In this document: one piece after another, positions 30,751 through 42,059 of the stretch
How positions within the stretch are numbered: the stretch's first letter is position 1
How the letters are laid out: every line of letters starts with the position of its first letter
Origin: Candidatus Poribacteria bacterium
GTDB lineage: Bacteria; Poribacteria; WGA-4E; WGA-3G
Direction of reading: 5' to 3'
Length of the DNA: 64,000 nucleotides
Assembly (NCBI GenBank): GCA_963663765.2
Contig: CAXXUA010000013.1
Location: 192,001-256,000 of the forward strand
Notes under the pieces: model-generated
Seen by the model: only the letters and a program-made list of their open reading frames with translations
Told to the model about the DNA's origin: nothing
The model's database searches: none
Program-made: the position numbers and the translations under genes

Positions 30751-31716
30751 TTATCTATCAACGAGCCAAAAATCACCTTGACTGACAGTACTGAGGTGCT
30801 TCATCATCACCGCTCCAGGGAAATTTGGTGCCATACCTATACCCATTGAAAAAATGCGACCGTTACCTGTTGCATGCTCCCCTATACGTTTTAGGTCTGG
30901 TGTGCTGATACTGGTAGGAATTCCATCGCTAAACAGAACAACAATTGTGGGTGTGGATTTTGCTGTATCTGTCAAAGTAGTCAGCATATCGTGGTCGGTA
31001 CCCCTTGTATGTATCCGCGATTTTATGCTTGCCAGATATGCTGTTGAACTCTTTATTGTGTCTTCAGTGACTGTAACAAAACCTTTCTGATAACTTACCA
31101 ACTCGGCACTAAATGCCAGAATATTAAAACTGTCGTGAGGTTCGAGGAAGGTGAGTGAATCTTGCATTATGTTTATAATCCTGTTGAATTTCCAATCAGA
31201 GTAGTTTTGCACACTGGTAGATAGGTCTATACAATAGATAATGCGCTGCGGTCCCTCTTGTGCTTCAATAAACTTTACCAAACGACTCTTTTTTCTTTCT
31301 GGTGTTTTCTGCAGTTTCTGTATTGGAATTTCAACACCGCGTTGTATACTGGGGACATCTTTTATTTCTATCTGTGTGGGACCGGGGGCTATTCCTTCTC
31401 CTATATTAACTTGGTCGGTTGTTTGAAAGGCAGTGGGTTCTGCTGCTGAAACAACTCCGCGATGTGTTACAGGTTGGTTGCTTGTGAGTATCTTCAGTCT
31501 TGGCTGATTCGTAGTTGGTGTGTTCTCTCGTTTGATTTGTGTGCGTTTTGGTGGTGTGAGCCGTTTTTTTGGTGGATCGGCTTTTGTGAAGATTGCATCC
31601 ATTGTGTCTGCATAGTTGGATGGTGCAACGTTAAACCAGTAATAGATTCCAATTACTCCAACGATGAGATGTAATGCGAATGAAATGAGTAGTGATGTGC
31701 TTGACTTATATTTCAT
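30751..31716 (-). CDS. Membrane-anchored vWA domain protein
   Basis: N-terminal TM (SLLISFALHL), Pro/Lys linker, MIDAS DLSTS, LFSDG. Confidence 0.75.
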   Translation of the reverse strand: MKYKSSTSLLISFALHLIVGVIGIYYWFNVAPSNYADTMDAIFTKADPPKKRLTPPKRTQIKRENTPTTNQPRLKILTSNQPVTHRGVVSAAEPTAFQTTDQVNIGEGIAPGPTQIEIKDVPSIQRGVEIPIQKLQKTPERKKSRLVKFIEAQEGPQRIIYCIDLSTSVQNYSDWKFNRIINIMQDSLTFLEPHDSFNILAFSAELVSYQKGFVTVTEDTIKSSTAYLASIKSRIHTRGTDHDMLTTLTDTAKSTPTIVVLFSDGIPTSISTPDLKRIGEHATGNGRIFSMGIGMAPNFPGAVMMKHLSTVSQGDFWLVDR

Positions 31717-31769
31717 TGTGATATGCTACAGAATAGAATTCGGTTTTAATTGCTAATAATTGTCTTTCA

Positions 31770-33230
31770 TTATTGCCATCTCTCAACAACAACCTTTTTC
31801 TGTGTGAAGAAATCAACAGCGTCCCAACTTTGTCCGTGCAGATCTCCAAAGAAACTGTCCTTCCAACCGCTGAATGGGAAGAACGCCATAGGAGCTGCTA
31901 CACCGATATTTATACCGATATTTCCGATCTGTGCTTCATACCTAAATTTGCGTGCTGCTGCTCCACTTCTCGTGAATAAACATGCCATATTCCCATAGTT
32001 ACCACTATTGATACGTTCAATCGCTTCATCTATGGTTTTGACATGGATGAGTCCTAAAACAGGACCGAAGATTTCAGTTTTTGCGATTTCCCCTTGTGGG
32101 TCAATGTTTGACAGAACAGTAGGTCGCATGAAATTGCCATTTTCACAACCATTGATGCTTGGATATCGACCATCAACGAGCACCCGCGCGCCTGCATCTA
32201 TACCAGTCTGAATTAATCCTTCAATTCGTTGCTTGCTATCCTGTGTGATGACAGGGCCCATCTCTACATTCTCATCCAATCCGTTGCCAACAACTCTATC
32301 TGTTGCGACATCACTAATTGCATTTGGAAACCAGTTCTGTGCACCCCCAACAGCAAAGGCAAGTGATGCGGCGAGACAACGTTGTCCTGCACATCCGAAT
32401 GCACTATCTGCTGTTGCATTAGCGGTAAACTCTGGATCAGCATCTGGTAGAACAATCAACGGGTTTTTCGCGCCGCCTTGACACTGAACACGTTTGCCAT
32501 GTGCTGCGGCTTTAGCATAGATTGCTTTTGCAGTTGCAGTTGATCCGACAAAACTAATTGCGTGTATCTCAGGATGTTCCAAGATTGCATTAACTGTATC
32601 CTGACCACCATTCACAAGATTCACAACCCCTTTTGGTAACCCTGTTTGTTCAAGGAGTTTAAATATCTTCTGCATGGTAAGTGGTACTTTCTCAGAAGGT
32701 TTTACAATGTAAGTGTTCCCACAAGCAATGGCATAAGGCAGGAACCAGAAGGTTATCATTCCAGGAAAATTGAATGGCGCGATGACAGCACCAACACCTA
32801 CGGGTTGGCGAATCATGAACTCATCGATTCCTGTAGAGATGTCTTCCAAATTAGCACCTTGCATCAATGTAGGAATTCCACATGCTACTTCAACGTTTTC
32901 AATAGCACGTCGTATTTCTCCCTTTGATTCAGCAAGGGTTTTACCACATTCTAATGTAATCGTTTGTGCAATATCGTCAATATTCTCATCAAGCAAATTC
33001 TTGAGTTTGAATAGGTATTGAACTCGTTGGACAGGTGGTGTGCGTCTCCATTCATCAAAAGCAGATGTGGCAGCAGTAGCTGCTTGATGCACTTCTTCTG
33101 CGGGGGATAGTGGTACCAATGTTAGTACTTCACCCGTTGCGGGGTTTGTCACATCAAGCATTTCTGAGGACTCAGAACGCTGCCATGTGTTGTCAATATA
33201 GTTCAAAATGGGTGTTGGTTCATTCATCAA
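31770..33230 (-). CDS. mmsA: CoA-acylating (methyl)malonate-semialdehyde dehydrogenase (MmsA/IolA)
   Basis: [48 protein letters not shown]. Confidence 0.9.
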   Translation of the reverse strand: MMNEPTPILNYIDNTWQRSESSEMLDVTNPATGEVLTLVPLSPAEEVHQAATAATSAFDEWRRTPPVQRVQYLFKLKNLLDENIDDIAQTITLECGKTLAESKGEIRRAIENVEVACGIPTLMQGANLEDISTGIDEFMIRQPVGVGAVIAPFNFPGMITFWFLPYAIACGNTYIVKPSEKVPLTMQKIFKLLEQTGLPKGVVNLVNGGQDTVNAILEHPEIHAISFVGSTATAKAIYAKAAAHGKRVQCQGGAKNPLIVLPDADPEFTANATADSAFGCAGQRCLAASLAFAVGGAQNWFPNAISDVATDRVVGNGLDENVEMGPVITQDSKQRIEGLIQTGIDAGARVLVDGRYPSINGCENGNFMRPTVLSNIDPQGEIAKTEIFGPVLGLIHVKTIDEAIERINSGNYGNMACLFTRSGAAARKFRYEAQIGNIGINIGVAAPMAFFPFSGWKDSFFGDLHGQSWDAVDFFTQKKVVVERWQ

Positions 33231-33267
33231 AAATAATTACCTTTTGCTTAACGTAAGAAAACAGCCA

Positions 33268-34695
33268 TTAGTTCTGTTTTGCGAAGATTTCAAGAACTTT
33301 CATCTGCTCCATTGCAGCGACTACTTGCGGATCATGGACAATATCATCTTTTATGTTCTGTGTTTCTAATGCAATTGCAAACTTCAGAGCAATATCACTT
33401 AAGATGATCTGTTCTTCGGTGAGAGCGTCAGTTAACCTTCTATAAGTCCGCATTAGTTTTGCTGCTTGACGGTCATCGCGAGATGCATGTTCAGCGGAAT
33501 ATAATTTATCTAAGACATCATCCCCGTTTTCTTCAATAAAAGTTTTAATTTTTTGATGATTACGAAGTTTTATTTGCATTTGCTGTTCAGATCGACTAAA
33601 ATATGCGGTCTCAACGTCTGGTATGACACCGATTTTATCAATATCTACCCCACTGGGTGTAAAGTAACGCGCTACAGTTAGTTTTACGGCAGCTTTTGAA
33701 TCGCTGAGTGGGAAGACCTTCTGTACTGATGCTTTTCCAAAAGTTTTACTTCCCATGACGAGACCTCTGCTATGGTCTTTTATTGCACCGGCAACGATTT
33801 CAGATGCACTTGCACTCCCCCCGTTGACTAATACTATTAGTGGAAAATTGTCCCTTGCCTTACCTTCAGCATGAAAATCTTCTCTTTTTTCAATTCCCTT
33901 ACTATAGACAACGAGCTTGCCGGGTTCAAGAAAATCGCTTGAAATTGCAACAGCTGAACTGAGTAATCCACCAGGGTTAAAACGAAGATCAAGGATAATT
34001 CCTTTTACATTTTGTGCGATGAATTCTTCCAGGGCTTTGTCAATATCCTCTGGTGTAGTCTGTAAGAACTGATTAATTTTTAGATAACCGAGATTATCCC
34101 CGATTATTTCTTTCTCTACGTTTGGTATTCGTATAACCTCTCTCCTGATCGTAACCTCAATCGGTTGATTTACCTTTGGACGAATTAGGGTAATTGATAC
34201 AGAGGTTCCGGGTTCGCCACGTAGCAGGTCAACAGCCTCATCTAATGTCATGACTGCTGTAGATTCTCCATCTATCTGACTGATGATATCCCCATTTTGA
34301 ACGCCAGCAAGTGCAGCCGGATTTCCTTTGAAAGGTGTTATGACGGTGATCATATCATCACGCATGCCAACTGTCATGCCGAGACCACCGTAGTTGCCTT
34401 GGTTTTGTGTGCGAAATGTGAGGTAGTCAGGAATATATTGGCTATAAGGATCTAAGGTGCGGAGCATACCCCTGATTGCACCTTCCATCAATTCTTTTGG
34501 ATCAGTATTATCAAGATGTTCCTGTTCAACATAAGCCAATATTTCAGTAAAAAGCGATATATTCTCTAATAGATTGTCCTTATCTGTTTCACCGTTTTCA
34601 GTTTCTGCAGAAGTCCAGTTAATTTGAAGAGAAACTGCAATGAAAACTGTAAGTAGTATAATAAAAAAAGTATGTTTTTTCATTTTTGACTCCAT
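33268..34695 (-). CDS. ctpA: S41 C-terminal processing protease
   Basis: Signal peptide, LDPYS, PDZ (GGLGM), DLRFNPGG, SASASEIVAGA, FGK. Confidence 0.9.
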   Translation of the reverse strand: MESKMKKHTFFIILLTVFIAVSLQINWTSAETENGETDKDNLLENISLFTEILAYVEQEHLDNTDPKELMEGAIRGMLRTLDPYSQYIPDYLTFRTQNQGNYGGLGMTVGMRDDMITVITPFKGNPAALAGVQNGDIISQIDGESTAVMTLDEAVDLLRGEPGTSVSITLIRPKVNQPIEVTIRREVIRIPNVEKEIIGDNLGYLKINQFLQTTPEDIDKALEEFIAQNVKGIILDLRFNPGGLLSSAVAISSDFLEPGKLVVYSKGIEKREDFHAEGKARDNFPLIVLVNGGSASASEIVAGAIKDHSRGLVMGSKTFGKASVQKVFPLSDSKAAVKLTVARYFTPSGVDIDKIGVIPDVETAYFSRSEQQMQIKLRNHQKIKTFIEENGDDVLDKLYSAEHASRDDRQAAKLMRTYRRLTDALTEEQIILSDIALKFAIALETQNIKDDIVHDPQVVAAMEQMKVLEIFAKQN

Positions 34696-34713
34696 TTCTA
34701 TGTATAAACTTTT

Positions 34714-35211
34714 CTATCTATTTTTAATCAATTTGTTTGTTAAATTTCTTATACTTGTGTTATACGTAATGTAAAAAGCAACAATTACAGCAATAGCACC
34801 AAATACCAAATCAAATAATTCCATACGGTTTTTCATAAGTTCAAATTTAGAACTACTGAAATAGACATTTTCTGCAATAAGTTTTGCATCTTTCTCAACT
34901 ATTTTCCACTGTTCCATATATTGCTCAGTCAATTGTGAAATTGCATTCAAATGAACATCCAGATATTTTCCGACAAGAAAACCTATCACAGCGAAAATGG
35001 CTGCTCCGATAGAGACCAAAAACCAATGCATCTTCTCATCTGATTCAATTGCATTCACACATGTGAGTAGCATTCCTATTCCAGTGAACGCACCGATACA
35101 AACAGCGATAAAACCAAAGGTATTCCCAGTCAACTGTATGTATGTTGCCCAAAGTATGCCACCTAAGACTGCACCAATGAGTCCACCTAAAGGTGCAAAA
35201 ACAATTTTCAT
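34714..35211 (-). CDS. Hypothetical membrane protein
   Basis: About 4 TM segments; 4-bp overlap with the gatA stop. Confidence 0.65.
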   Translation of the reverse strand: MKIVFAPLGGLIGAVLGGILWATYIQLTGNTFGFIAVCIGAFTGIGMLLTCVNAIESDEKMHWFLVSIGAAIFAVIGFLVGKYLDVHLNAISQLTEQYMEQWKIVEKDAKLIAENVYFSSSKFELMKNRMELFDLVFGAIAVIVAFYITYNTSIRNLTNKLIKNR

Positions 35212-36689
35212 TCGTTTCCTTCAGTAGAATGAATATCGGGTTTTTTCAGATGATGTTCAGTATTTTGCTCAAAAGAATAAGCAACTCGTAAGACTGATTC
35301 CTCTGCGAACGGTTTTGCAAGTAATTGTAGACCTATAGGTAAACCGTTTTTGGCAAAACCACAAGGTACGGAAATTCCAGGTAACCCCGCATGACTTGCT
35401 GGTGTCGTCATGACATCACACATATACATTTGTAAAGGGTCTGCTGTGCGTTCACCAATCTTAAATGCAGATGTAGGTGATGTTGGGGTTGCAATTACAT
35501 CAACTTTCTCAAAAGCATCATCAAAATCGGACTTTATTAGCGTACGCACCTTTTGTGCTTTTTTATAATATGCATCTTGATACCCCGTACTCAAGGCAAA
35601 AGTTCCAAGCATGATGCGTCTTTTAACTTCTTGTCCAAATCCTTCACTTCGTGTTTTCTTATACATATTGATTAAATCAGCAGGTTCTTCGGTTCTATAT
35701 CCGTAGCGAACTCCGTCATATCTTGCAAGGTTTGCACTTGCTTCTGCTGGTGCGATGATATAATATGTTGCTATTGCATAATCGGTATGAGGTAGAGATA
35801 TTTCAACGATAAACGCACCCAGTTTTTCTAATTCAGCGATAGCAGTATGCACACAGTCTGCTACATCGGTGTCTAATCCTTCAGCGAAATACTCCTTAGG
35901 AACCCCTATTTTCATTCCTTTTACATCATTGATGAGGAATTTCGTAAACTCAGGAACAGGAACATCAACAGAAGTTGAATCCATCTCGTCTTTACCACAG
36001 AGTGCGTTGAGAACCAATGCACAATCAGTTACATCTTTGGTAAATGGTCCGATCTGATCCAGTGAAGAAGCAAATGCGATAAGACCATAACGTGAAATCC
36101 GTCCATAAGTTGGCTTCATGCCAACAACCCCACAGAGAGCAGCAGGTTGACGAATAGAACCACCAGTATCAGAACCCAAAGACAATATTGCAGTGTCAGC
36201 TGCGACGACTGCTGCTGAACCGCCACTTGAGCCACCAGGGATCGCCGTCAAATCCCATGGATTGTGTGTGATTTGATATGCAGAATTTTCTGTAGAAGAC
36301 CCCATCGCAAACTCATCCATGTTTGTCTTGCCGATCATAACAACTCCTTGTTGGTTCAGTTTGTTCATGACGGTCGCATCATAAGGCGGGACAAAGTTCT
36401 CCAATATCTTTGAAGCACATGTTGTCCGAACACCTTTGGTGCATATTACATCTTTGATTGCAAAGGGTATACCCGCAAGAGGTGGCATATCATCACCATT
36501 TTGAAATCCACGATCTGCTACAGCTGCTTGTTCTAATGCGAGTTCTTCTGTTAATGTCAAATAACCTTTGACTTGTGATTCCACCTCCTTTATGCGTCTA
36601 AAGATAGACTCAGTTAATTCAACAGCAGTGATTTCGCGGGTCTTGAGTTTCTTATGTAATTCGTGTGCAGGTAATTGGTTTAGTGCCAT
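35208..36689 (-). CDS. gatA: Asp/Glu-tRNA amidotransferase subunit A
   Basis: [53 protein letters not shown]. Confidence 0.96.
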   Translation of the reverse strand: MALNQLPAHELHKKLKTREITAVELTESIFRRIKEVESQVKGYLTLTEELALEQAAVADRGFQNGDDMPPLAGIPFAIKDVICTKGVRTTCASKILENFVPPYDATVMNKLNQQGVVMIGKTNMDEFAMGSSTENSAYQITHNPWDLTAIPGGSSGGSAAVVAADTAILSLGSDTGGSIRQPAALCGVVGMKPTYGRISRYGLIAFASSLDQIGPFTKDVTDCALVLNALCGKDEMDSTSVDVPVPEFTKFLINDVKGMKIGVPKEYFAEGLDTDVADCVHTAIAELEKLGAFIVEISLPHTDYAIATYYIIAPAEASANLARYDGVRYGYRTEEPADLINMYKKTRSEGFGQEVKRRIMLGTFALSTGYQDAYYKKAQKVRTLIKSDFDDAFEKVDVIATPTSPTSAFKIGERTADPLQMYMCDVMTTPASHAGLPGISVPCGFAKNGLPIGLQLLAKPFAEESVLRVAYSFEQNTEHHLKKPDIHSTEGNE

Positions 36690-36703
36690 TCAGTTGCTGC
36701 TCC

Positions 36704-37000
36704 TTATGCAGTATCAATAACTCTGGGAACACCGAAATAACCTTCTTCTGCTTCAGGTGCATTCGCAAGTACTGCTTTCCGATTTAACGAAGTTTTTACA
36801 ATATCAGGTTTGGTTATATTATATTGCGGATGAATATGTGATGTCGGTGGAACGTCATCCGTATCCAATTCATTCAATTTACCAATATATTCCAAGATTC
36901 TGCTGAGTTGCTCTGTAAAATCTTGTGTCTCTTCCTCGTTGAAATCAAGCCGCGCTAAGTTTGCTACGTGGCTAACGCCATCAGTCGTTATTGTTGCCAT
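36704..37000 (-). CDS. gatC: Asp/Glu-tRNA amidotransferase subunit C
   Basis: HVANLARL...LNELDT..VPPT...NAP....YF.VPRVI; directly upstream of gatA. Confidence 0.93.
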   Translation of the reverse strand: MATITTDGVSHVANLARLDFNEEETQDFTEQLSRILEYIGKLNELDTDDVPPTSHIHPQYNITKPDIVKTSLNRKAVLANAPEAEEGYFGVPRVIDTA

Positions 37001-37026
37001 TTAATTGTATTCCTTTCACATTTAAT

Positions 37027-39186
37027 TTATGTTCCTGTCTGTAATGGTGCCAAAGCAGCAGCAAATCGTTTTGAACCCCCGCGGTCAAAACGTACAGTGA
37101 CAAAGGCATTCAACCCAGTACCACTTAGTTTTGTCACCTTACCACGTCCAAAACTCGGATGGATTACAATCTGTTCAACACTATACTTCTCTTCTGTTTC
37201 CTCAATGACATATTGGTTTTCTTGTTGAGAAAATGCTGAGTTGTATCTGTCAACGTGTTTTATCAGATGCGGTGAAATCTCGTCAATGAAACGTGATGGC
37301 ACTCTATATTCTGATCCACTCCAGGTTCTGCGTGATTGTGCATGCACAAGGAAAAGCTGTTCCTCTGCCCGTGTGATACCGACATAACACAATCTACGTT
37401 CCTCTTCTAAATCTGCTTCAGAATTGACGGAACGTTGATGAGGCATGTATCCTTCTTCCATACCGACTATAAAGACAAACGGAAATTCTAAACCTTTAGC
37501 ACTGTGTAAGGTCATCATCGTCACAACATTGGATTTATCCGTGTCATCGTCAGTATCCATTGTGTCAATATCCGCTATGAGTGCAACATTTTCCAAATAT
37601 TCAGATAGAGACGGGTCTTCAGCGATCATTTCATATTCGTAGACTGCGTTTAGCAGTTCTTCAATGTTCTCAACTCTGTTTTGGGCTTCAATTGTTCGTT
37701 GTCCTTTGAAGTTTTCAAGGTACCCCGTGGTGTCTAAGATATGTTCAAGCGCATCTGCGGGAAGATCAGTCTCGTCATATCCATCAAATATATTTGAGAA
37801 ACGACGGATTTTACCCTTTATTCCTGCATTTATTGTATCTATTTCGTCAACACGTTGTACTGCTTCAAATAGCGGTATATCTTCAACGTCAGCAAATTGC
37901 ATAAGCCGTTCAAGAGATGTTGCGCCAATACCACGACTGGGTACATTGATTATACGTCTGAGACTCAATGTATCACGTGGGTTGCACATAACGCGGAGAT
38001 ACGCGATAAGGTCCTTGATTTCCATTCGGTCATAAAAACCTAACCCACCAACAATCTGATAAGGAATATTAGCTGAACTAAGTGCCTCCTCAAAAATACG
38101 TGATTGTGCGTTTGTTCTATAAAAAATAGCAAAACCCTTGTATTCAACCCCTTCGGAGTACCAATCCTCAATCCTTGTCCCAACGTAACCGGCTTCGTCG
38201 CGCTCATCCATCGCTTCATAACAAGTGATCAGTTCCCCTTGTTCTTTCTCTGTCCACAGTTTTTTCTCTTTTCGTTCCTTGTTGTTTTGAACAACACTCC
38301 ATGCCGCTTCTAATATGTTCTTGGTTGAACGGTAATTCTGCTCTAAACGGAGTACTCGTGTGTTTGGAAAATGATCTTCAAATTTGAGTATGTTCTGGAT
38401 GTCAGCCCCGCGAAATCCGTAAATTGACTGGTCATCATCTCCCACTACGCATATATTCCTTTTATCACCTGATAGATAACGCACCAATTCATACTGGCAA
38501 TGGTTCGTATCCTGATACTCATCTACAAGCACGTACTCAAACTTATTCTGATAAAATTCAAGAACATCTGGGTAGTTTTTGAAGAGTCTTATAGTAAAGT
38601 TAAGCAGGTCATCAAAATCCAAGGCGTTGTTTTTTCGCAGTGTCTTCTGATATATTGGATATACTTTAGCCACAATCTTTTCATAGAAACCCTCAGCTGT
38701 GTTTTCATAAGAAGAAGGATTTATGAAACTGTTTTTTGCACTACTAATAAGGTCGTGAATTGTACGTGGATAATACTGTTTTTCGTCCAAATTGTACTGT
38801 TTTAGGATGTCCTTTACAACAGTGAGTTGTTCGCTTTTGTCAAATATGGTAAAGTTCCGGGTAAAACCGTCTAATTGTTCAATGTCTTTTCGCAGAATGC
38901 GCGCACAAGATGCATGGAATGTAGAAACCCATAGATTCCTGCTCGGTCCCTCTCCCAAGAGTGTATCCAATCGTTCTTTCATCTCATTTGCAGCTTTGTT
39001 TGTGAATGTAACAGCAAGAATACGAAATGCAGAAACTCGGTGATTTTTAATTAGATTTGCAATACGGTGAGTTATGACGCGTGTTTTTCCGCTTCCCGCA
39101 CCGGATAGGATAAGGAGAGGTCCTTGAGTGTGTTGGACAGCATCACGTTGGACATCGTTTAAGGAACTCAATAGATTGTCGGACAA
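37027..39186 (-). CDS. pcrA: UvrD/PcrA DNA helicase
   Basis: GAGSGKTRV, VDEYQDTN, VGDDDQSIY, LEQNYRS, TLHSAKGLEF, EERRLCYVGITRA; C-terminal Tudor-like HPSFGRG. Confidence 0.93.
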   Translation of the reverse strand: MSDNLLSSLNDVQRDAVQHTQGPLLILSGAGSGKTRVITHRIANLIKNHRVSAFRILAVTFTNKAANEMKERLDTLLGEGPSRNLWVSTFHASCARILRKDIEQLDGFTRNFTIFDKSEQLTVVKDILKQYNLDEKQYYPRTIHDLISSAKNSFINPSSYENTAEGFYEKIVAKVYPIYQKTLRKNNALDFDDLLNFTIRLFKNYPDVLEFYQNKFEYVLVDEYQDTNHCQYELVRYLSGDKRNICVVGDDDQSIYGFRGADIQNILKFEDHFPNTRVLRLEQNYRSTKNILEAAWSVVQNNKERKEKKLWTEKEQGELITCYEAMDERDEAGYVGTRIEDWYSEGVEYKGFAIFYRTNAQSRIFEEALSSANIPYQIVGGLGFYDRMEIKDLIAYLRVMCNPRDTLSLRRIINVPSRGIGATSLERLMQFADVEDIPLFEAVQRVDEIDTINAGIKGKIRRFSNIFDGYDETDLPADALEHILDTTGYLENFKGQRTIEAQNRVENIEELLNAVYEYEMIAEDPSLSEYLENVALIADIDTMDTDDDTDKSNVVTMMTLHSAKGLEFPFVFIVGMEEGYMPHQRSVNSEADLEEERRLCYVGITRAEEQLFLVHAQSRRTWSGSEYRVPSRFIDEISPHLIKHVDRYNSAFSQQENQYVIEETEEKYSVEQIVIHPSFGRGKVTKLSGTGLNAFVTVRFDRGGSKRFAAALAPLQTGT

Positions 39187-39268
39187 GAAATGTCTCCTTC
39201 GGTAAGGGTTGATGGTAATGTATAAAGTATACGCAATTTAGGTTTTGTATGCAAGGAAATTGTTGGTA

Positions 39269-39297
39269 TTGAATTTATGGACAGAAAATGTTATAAT
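39269..39297 (+). promoter_or_regulatory. sigma70 promoter with extended -10
   Basis: TTGAAT, 17 bp spacer ending in TG-n, TATAAT upstream of 39331. Confidence 0.65.
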
Positions 39298-39330
39298 TCA
39301 CCAATAGATTTGAGATAGTAGGTATCGTAA

Positions 39331-40371
39331 ATGAACAATTCGGTATTTCGTGTAGGTGTCACGCCAGATTTCCTCAAACCTGATAGCACTTCCGATTTAG
39401 ATAACATAGCAGGTCCACTGTTTGAAGAAGCAGGAATAGACTGGGAATATATTGAAGATAAAACTTCGACATTACATACAAAACAAATAAAAGACTATGA
39501 TGCACTATTGGTGTTAGGAGCAAAAATCACAGAAGAAACCCTTAACAACAATGAAAGACTTGCAATTATCGCAAGGTTTGGAGTCGGGTATGATAAAGTT
39601 GACGTTGCTGCATGCACTAAGTATGGTGTCTTACTGACAATTGCACCAGATGGTGTCCGAAGACCTGTCGCAACTTCAATTCTGACCTTTGTGCTATCTC
39701 TAAGTCATCAGTTGTTGAGAAAAGACAGACTCATCCGTTCGGGTAAATGGGAAGACACGAAAGACTTTATGGGTATGGGTTTAGTCGGCAAGACCCTCGG
39801 ACTTGTTGGTATGGGGAATATCGGTAAAGAGACATTCAAACTGGCAAAACCTTTCGGTATGCGTCATATTGCCTACGATCCATACATTTCTCCTGCAGAG
39901 GCAGCAAAGGTTGGCGTTGAACTTGTCAATCTGGATACTTTGATGCAAACCGCTGATTATGTTTGCATCTGCTGTCCGTTGAATGATGATACACATGAAC
40001 TTATTGATGCAAAGTGCATCAGCTTGATGAAACCGACAGCGTATCTGATTAACACTGCTCGCGGTCCCATTGTTGACCAAAAAGCACTCACAGACGCGCT
40101 TCAGCATCGACATATACAAGGAGCAGGTCTTGATGTCTTTGAACGAGAACCAATTGACGATGATGATCCACTCCTAAGTTTAGACAATGTTATCCTGACA
40201 CCACACAGTATCTGTTGGACCGACCAATGTTTTGAGGGGAACGGTAAGAGTGCTTGTGAGAGTATCATAAGTGTTGCTTCAGGACAATTGCCAAAGTATA
40301 TTGTGAACAGAGATGTAATTGACAATCCAATACTAAAGAAAAAACTCACGAACATAATAAATTCGCAATGA
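39331..40371 (+). CDS. D-isomer-specific 2-hydroxyacid dehydrogenase
   Basis: RFGVGYD, GMGNIG, INTARG, GLDVFEREP, LTPH. Confidence 0.9.
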   Translation: MNNSVFRVGVTPDFLKPDSTSDLDNIAGPLFEEAGIDWEYIEDKTSTLHTKQIKDYDALLVLGAKITEETLNNNERLAIIARFGVGYDKVDVAACTKYGVLLTIAPDGVRRPVATSILTFVLSLSHQLLRKDRLIRSGKWEDTKDFMGMGLVGKTLGLVGMGNIGKETFKLAKPFGMRHIAYDPYISPAEAAKVGVELVNLDTLMQTADYVCICCPLNDDTHELIDAKCISLMKPTAYLINTARGPIVDQKALTDALQHRHIQGAGLDVFEREPIDDDDPLLSLDNVILTPHSICWTDQCFEGNGKSACESIISVASGQLPKYIVNRDVIDNPILKKKLTNIINSQ

Positions 40372-40399
40372 TAAAACTACGATATAAAAGGTGTAATAA

Positions 40400-41524
40400 A
40401 TGGCTCATGCATACACTCCCGGACTGAAAGTTACCGAGGGGATGACGATACAAAAAAGAAGACGGCTTCCACTTGAAGGTGAAGTACTTGTTGAAACTGG
40501 TGTTGCTGTTAAGGCAGAGGATGTTGTTGCTAAAGCAGACCTACCCGGTAACGTGCAGTTGTTGAACGTAGCAAACCTGCTCAGCATTTCTCCCGAAGAG
40601 ATCGCTGAATACATGCTAAAACAGACAGGTGAGAAGATTTTAGAGAATGAAATTATTGCTTCCACAAAAGGGATTTTTGGACTTTTCAAATCACAAGCAC
40701 GTTCACCTATTGAAGGTACAATTGAGGCTGTATCTGATGTAACGGGACAAGTCATCCTGCGTGAACCCCCCATCCCAGTTGAAGTAAAAGCATACACAAA
40801 CGGAACTATAACAGAAACTATCCCAAATGAAGGTGTCACAGTGGAGACCTATGGCACTTATGTCCAAGGTATTTTTGGCGTAGGAGGAGAGACGTTAGGT
40901 GAGTTGGTTGTAGTCGTTGATTCTCCAAGTGACAACTTGCAAGTAGAGCAAATATTGCCTGAACACAAAGAAAAGATAATTGTTGGGGGTTCGCTTGTCG
41001 CAACCGATGTTATTCAGAAAGCCGTAGAAATCGGAGTCCACGGTATCATTGCAGGTGGAATAGACGATGCGGATTTACGACAACTTCTTGGATATGAACT
41101 TGGTGTGGCTATCACCGGATCCGAGGAACTCGGCATCACACTTGTTATTACCGAAGGTTTTGGCAGTATTGCTATGGCTGAACGCACTTTTGAACTGCTC
41201 AAAACCCGCGAAGGTATGAAAACCTCTATCAACGGTGCTACCCAAATACGTGCGGGTGTTGTCCGTCCAGAAATCGTAATTCCTTTCATTTCAGATGGTA
41301 ATGCTACAGACTCTGATGTGTCCGAAGGTACATTAGAGATTGGCAGTCCTGTGCGTGTGATTCGTGAACCGCATTTTGGTAAATTGGGACACGTCACTGA
41401 CCTCCCGATAGAACTGCAGCAATTGGAAACGGAAGCAGAGGTAAGAGTACTACAAGTGGAATTTGAAGATGGTGAAAAAACAACTCTCCCCCGCGCCAAC
41501 GTTGAAGCTATTGAAGAACGATAA
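40400..41524 (+). CDS. Conserved hypothetical protein with barrel-sandwich-hybrid-like and C-terminal KOW-like domains
   Basis: 374 aa; GEVLVETGVAV and ARSPIEGTI (biotinyl/lipoyl-like strands); LEIGSPVRVIREPHFGKLG (KOW-like). Confidence 0.7.
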   Translation: MAHAYTPGLKVTEGMTIQKRRRLPLEGEVLVETGVAVKAEDVVAKADLPGNVQLLNVANLLSISPEEIAEYMLKQTGEKILENEIIASTKGIFGLFKSQARSPIEGTIEAVSDVTGQVILREPPIPVEVKAYTNGTITETIPNEGVTVETYGTYVQGIFGVGGETLGELVVVVDSPSDNLQVEQILPEHKEKIIVGGSLVATDVIQKAVEIGVHGIIAGGIDDADLRQLLGYELGVAITGSEELGITLVITEGFGSIAMAERTFELLKTREGMKTSINGATQIRAGVVRPEIVIPFISDGNATDSDVSEGTLEIGSPVRVIREPHFGKLGHVTDLPIELQQLETEAEVRVLQVEFEDGEKTTLPRANVEAIEER

Positions 41525-41537
41525 CTCTCATTTAATC

Positions 41538-42021
41538 AGGATTTACGTACGAAATGGTAGGTGTGCTTTGTAAGCGCGCTGGCACATCAAGTCCTAACAG
41601 CACCAAGTCAACGGTATGAATGCCTTTTTGCATTCCCCGCCTATAAAGCGCCAAGGCAACGGTATGAATCATGAAGCATGCCACAAGCGCATGCTTCTTT
41701 AGGCATTCCCCACCTACCGTATGAGAAATATCTATTACCGAACTAATAAATTAATCTTCATATCAGAAACATCTTGTGACAAAAACTTCGCACACATATT
41801 AAGCAAATAATTGACAGTATACCTTATAACGTGATATGATATATAAATGTCAATTCAGATAGCATTCAAGATGAAAATGATGCAAATATCAGAAATTTTA
41901 TAGGTTTCCAGCGCGCTTACAAAGCACCAAATCAAGAAATCAACGGTATGAATCATGGAGCATGCCACAAGCGCATGCTTCTCTAAGCATGATACGCTTA
42001 CCGTTGGGGTGCGTAAGTCTT
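41538..42021. mobile_element. Composite palindromic repeat / MITE-like element
   Basis: Imperfect ends aggatttacgtac/gtgcgtaagtctt; perfect 20-bp inverted repeat 41563-41582 / 41908-41927; 42-bp direct repeat 41657-41698 / 41941-41982 (41/42 identical). Confidence 0.6.
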
Positions 42022-42059
42022 ATTAGAATATATAAATTGAATCCAAACAAAGCAAAATT

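Noticed and set aside
40405-41499. Antisense ORFs of 144 and 161 aa, and the many similar shadow ORFs across the window
   Set aside because: They lie wholly opposite or inside well-supported genes and carry no motifs
41600-41990. Three caacggtatgaat repeats as a possible CRISPR array
   Set aside because: Spacing is irregular (48 and 284 bp), the sequence after two of the copies is itself repeated, and there are no cas genes in the window
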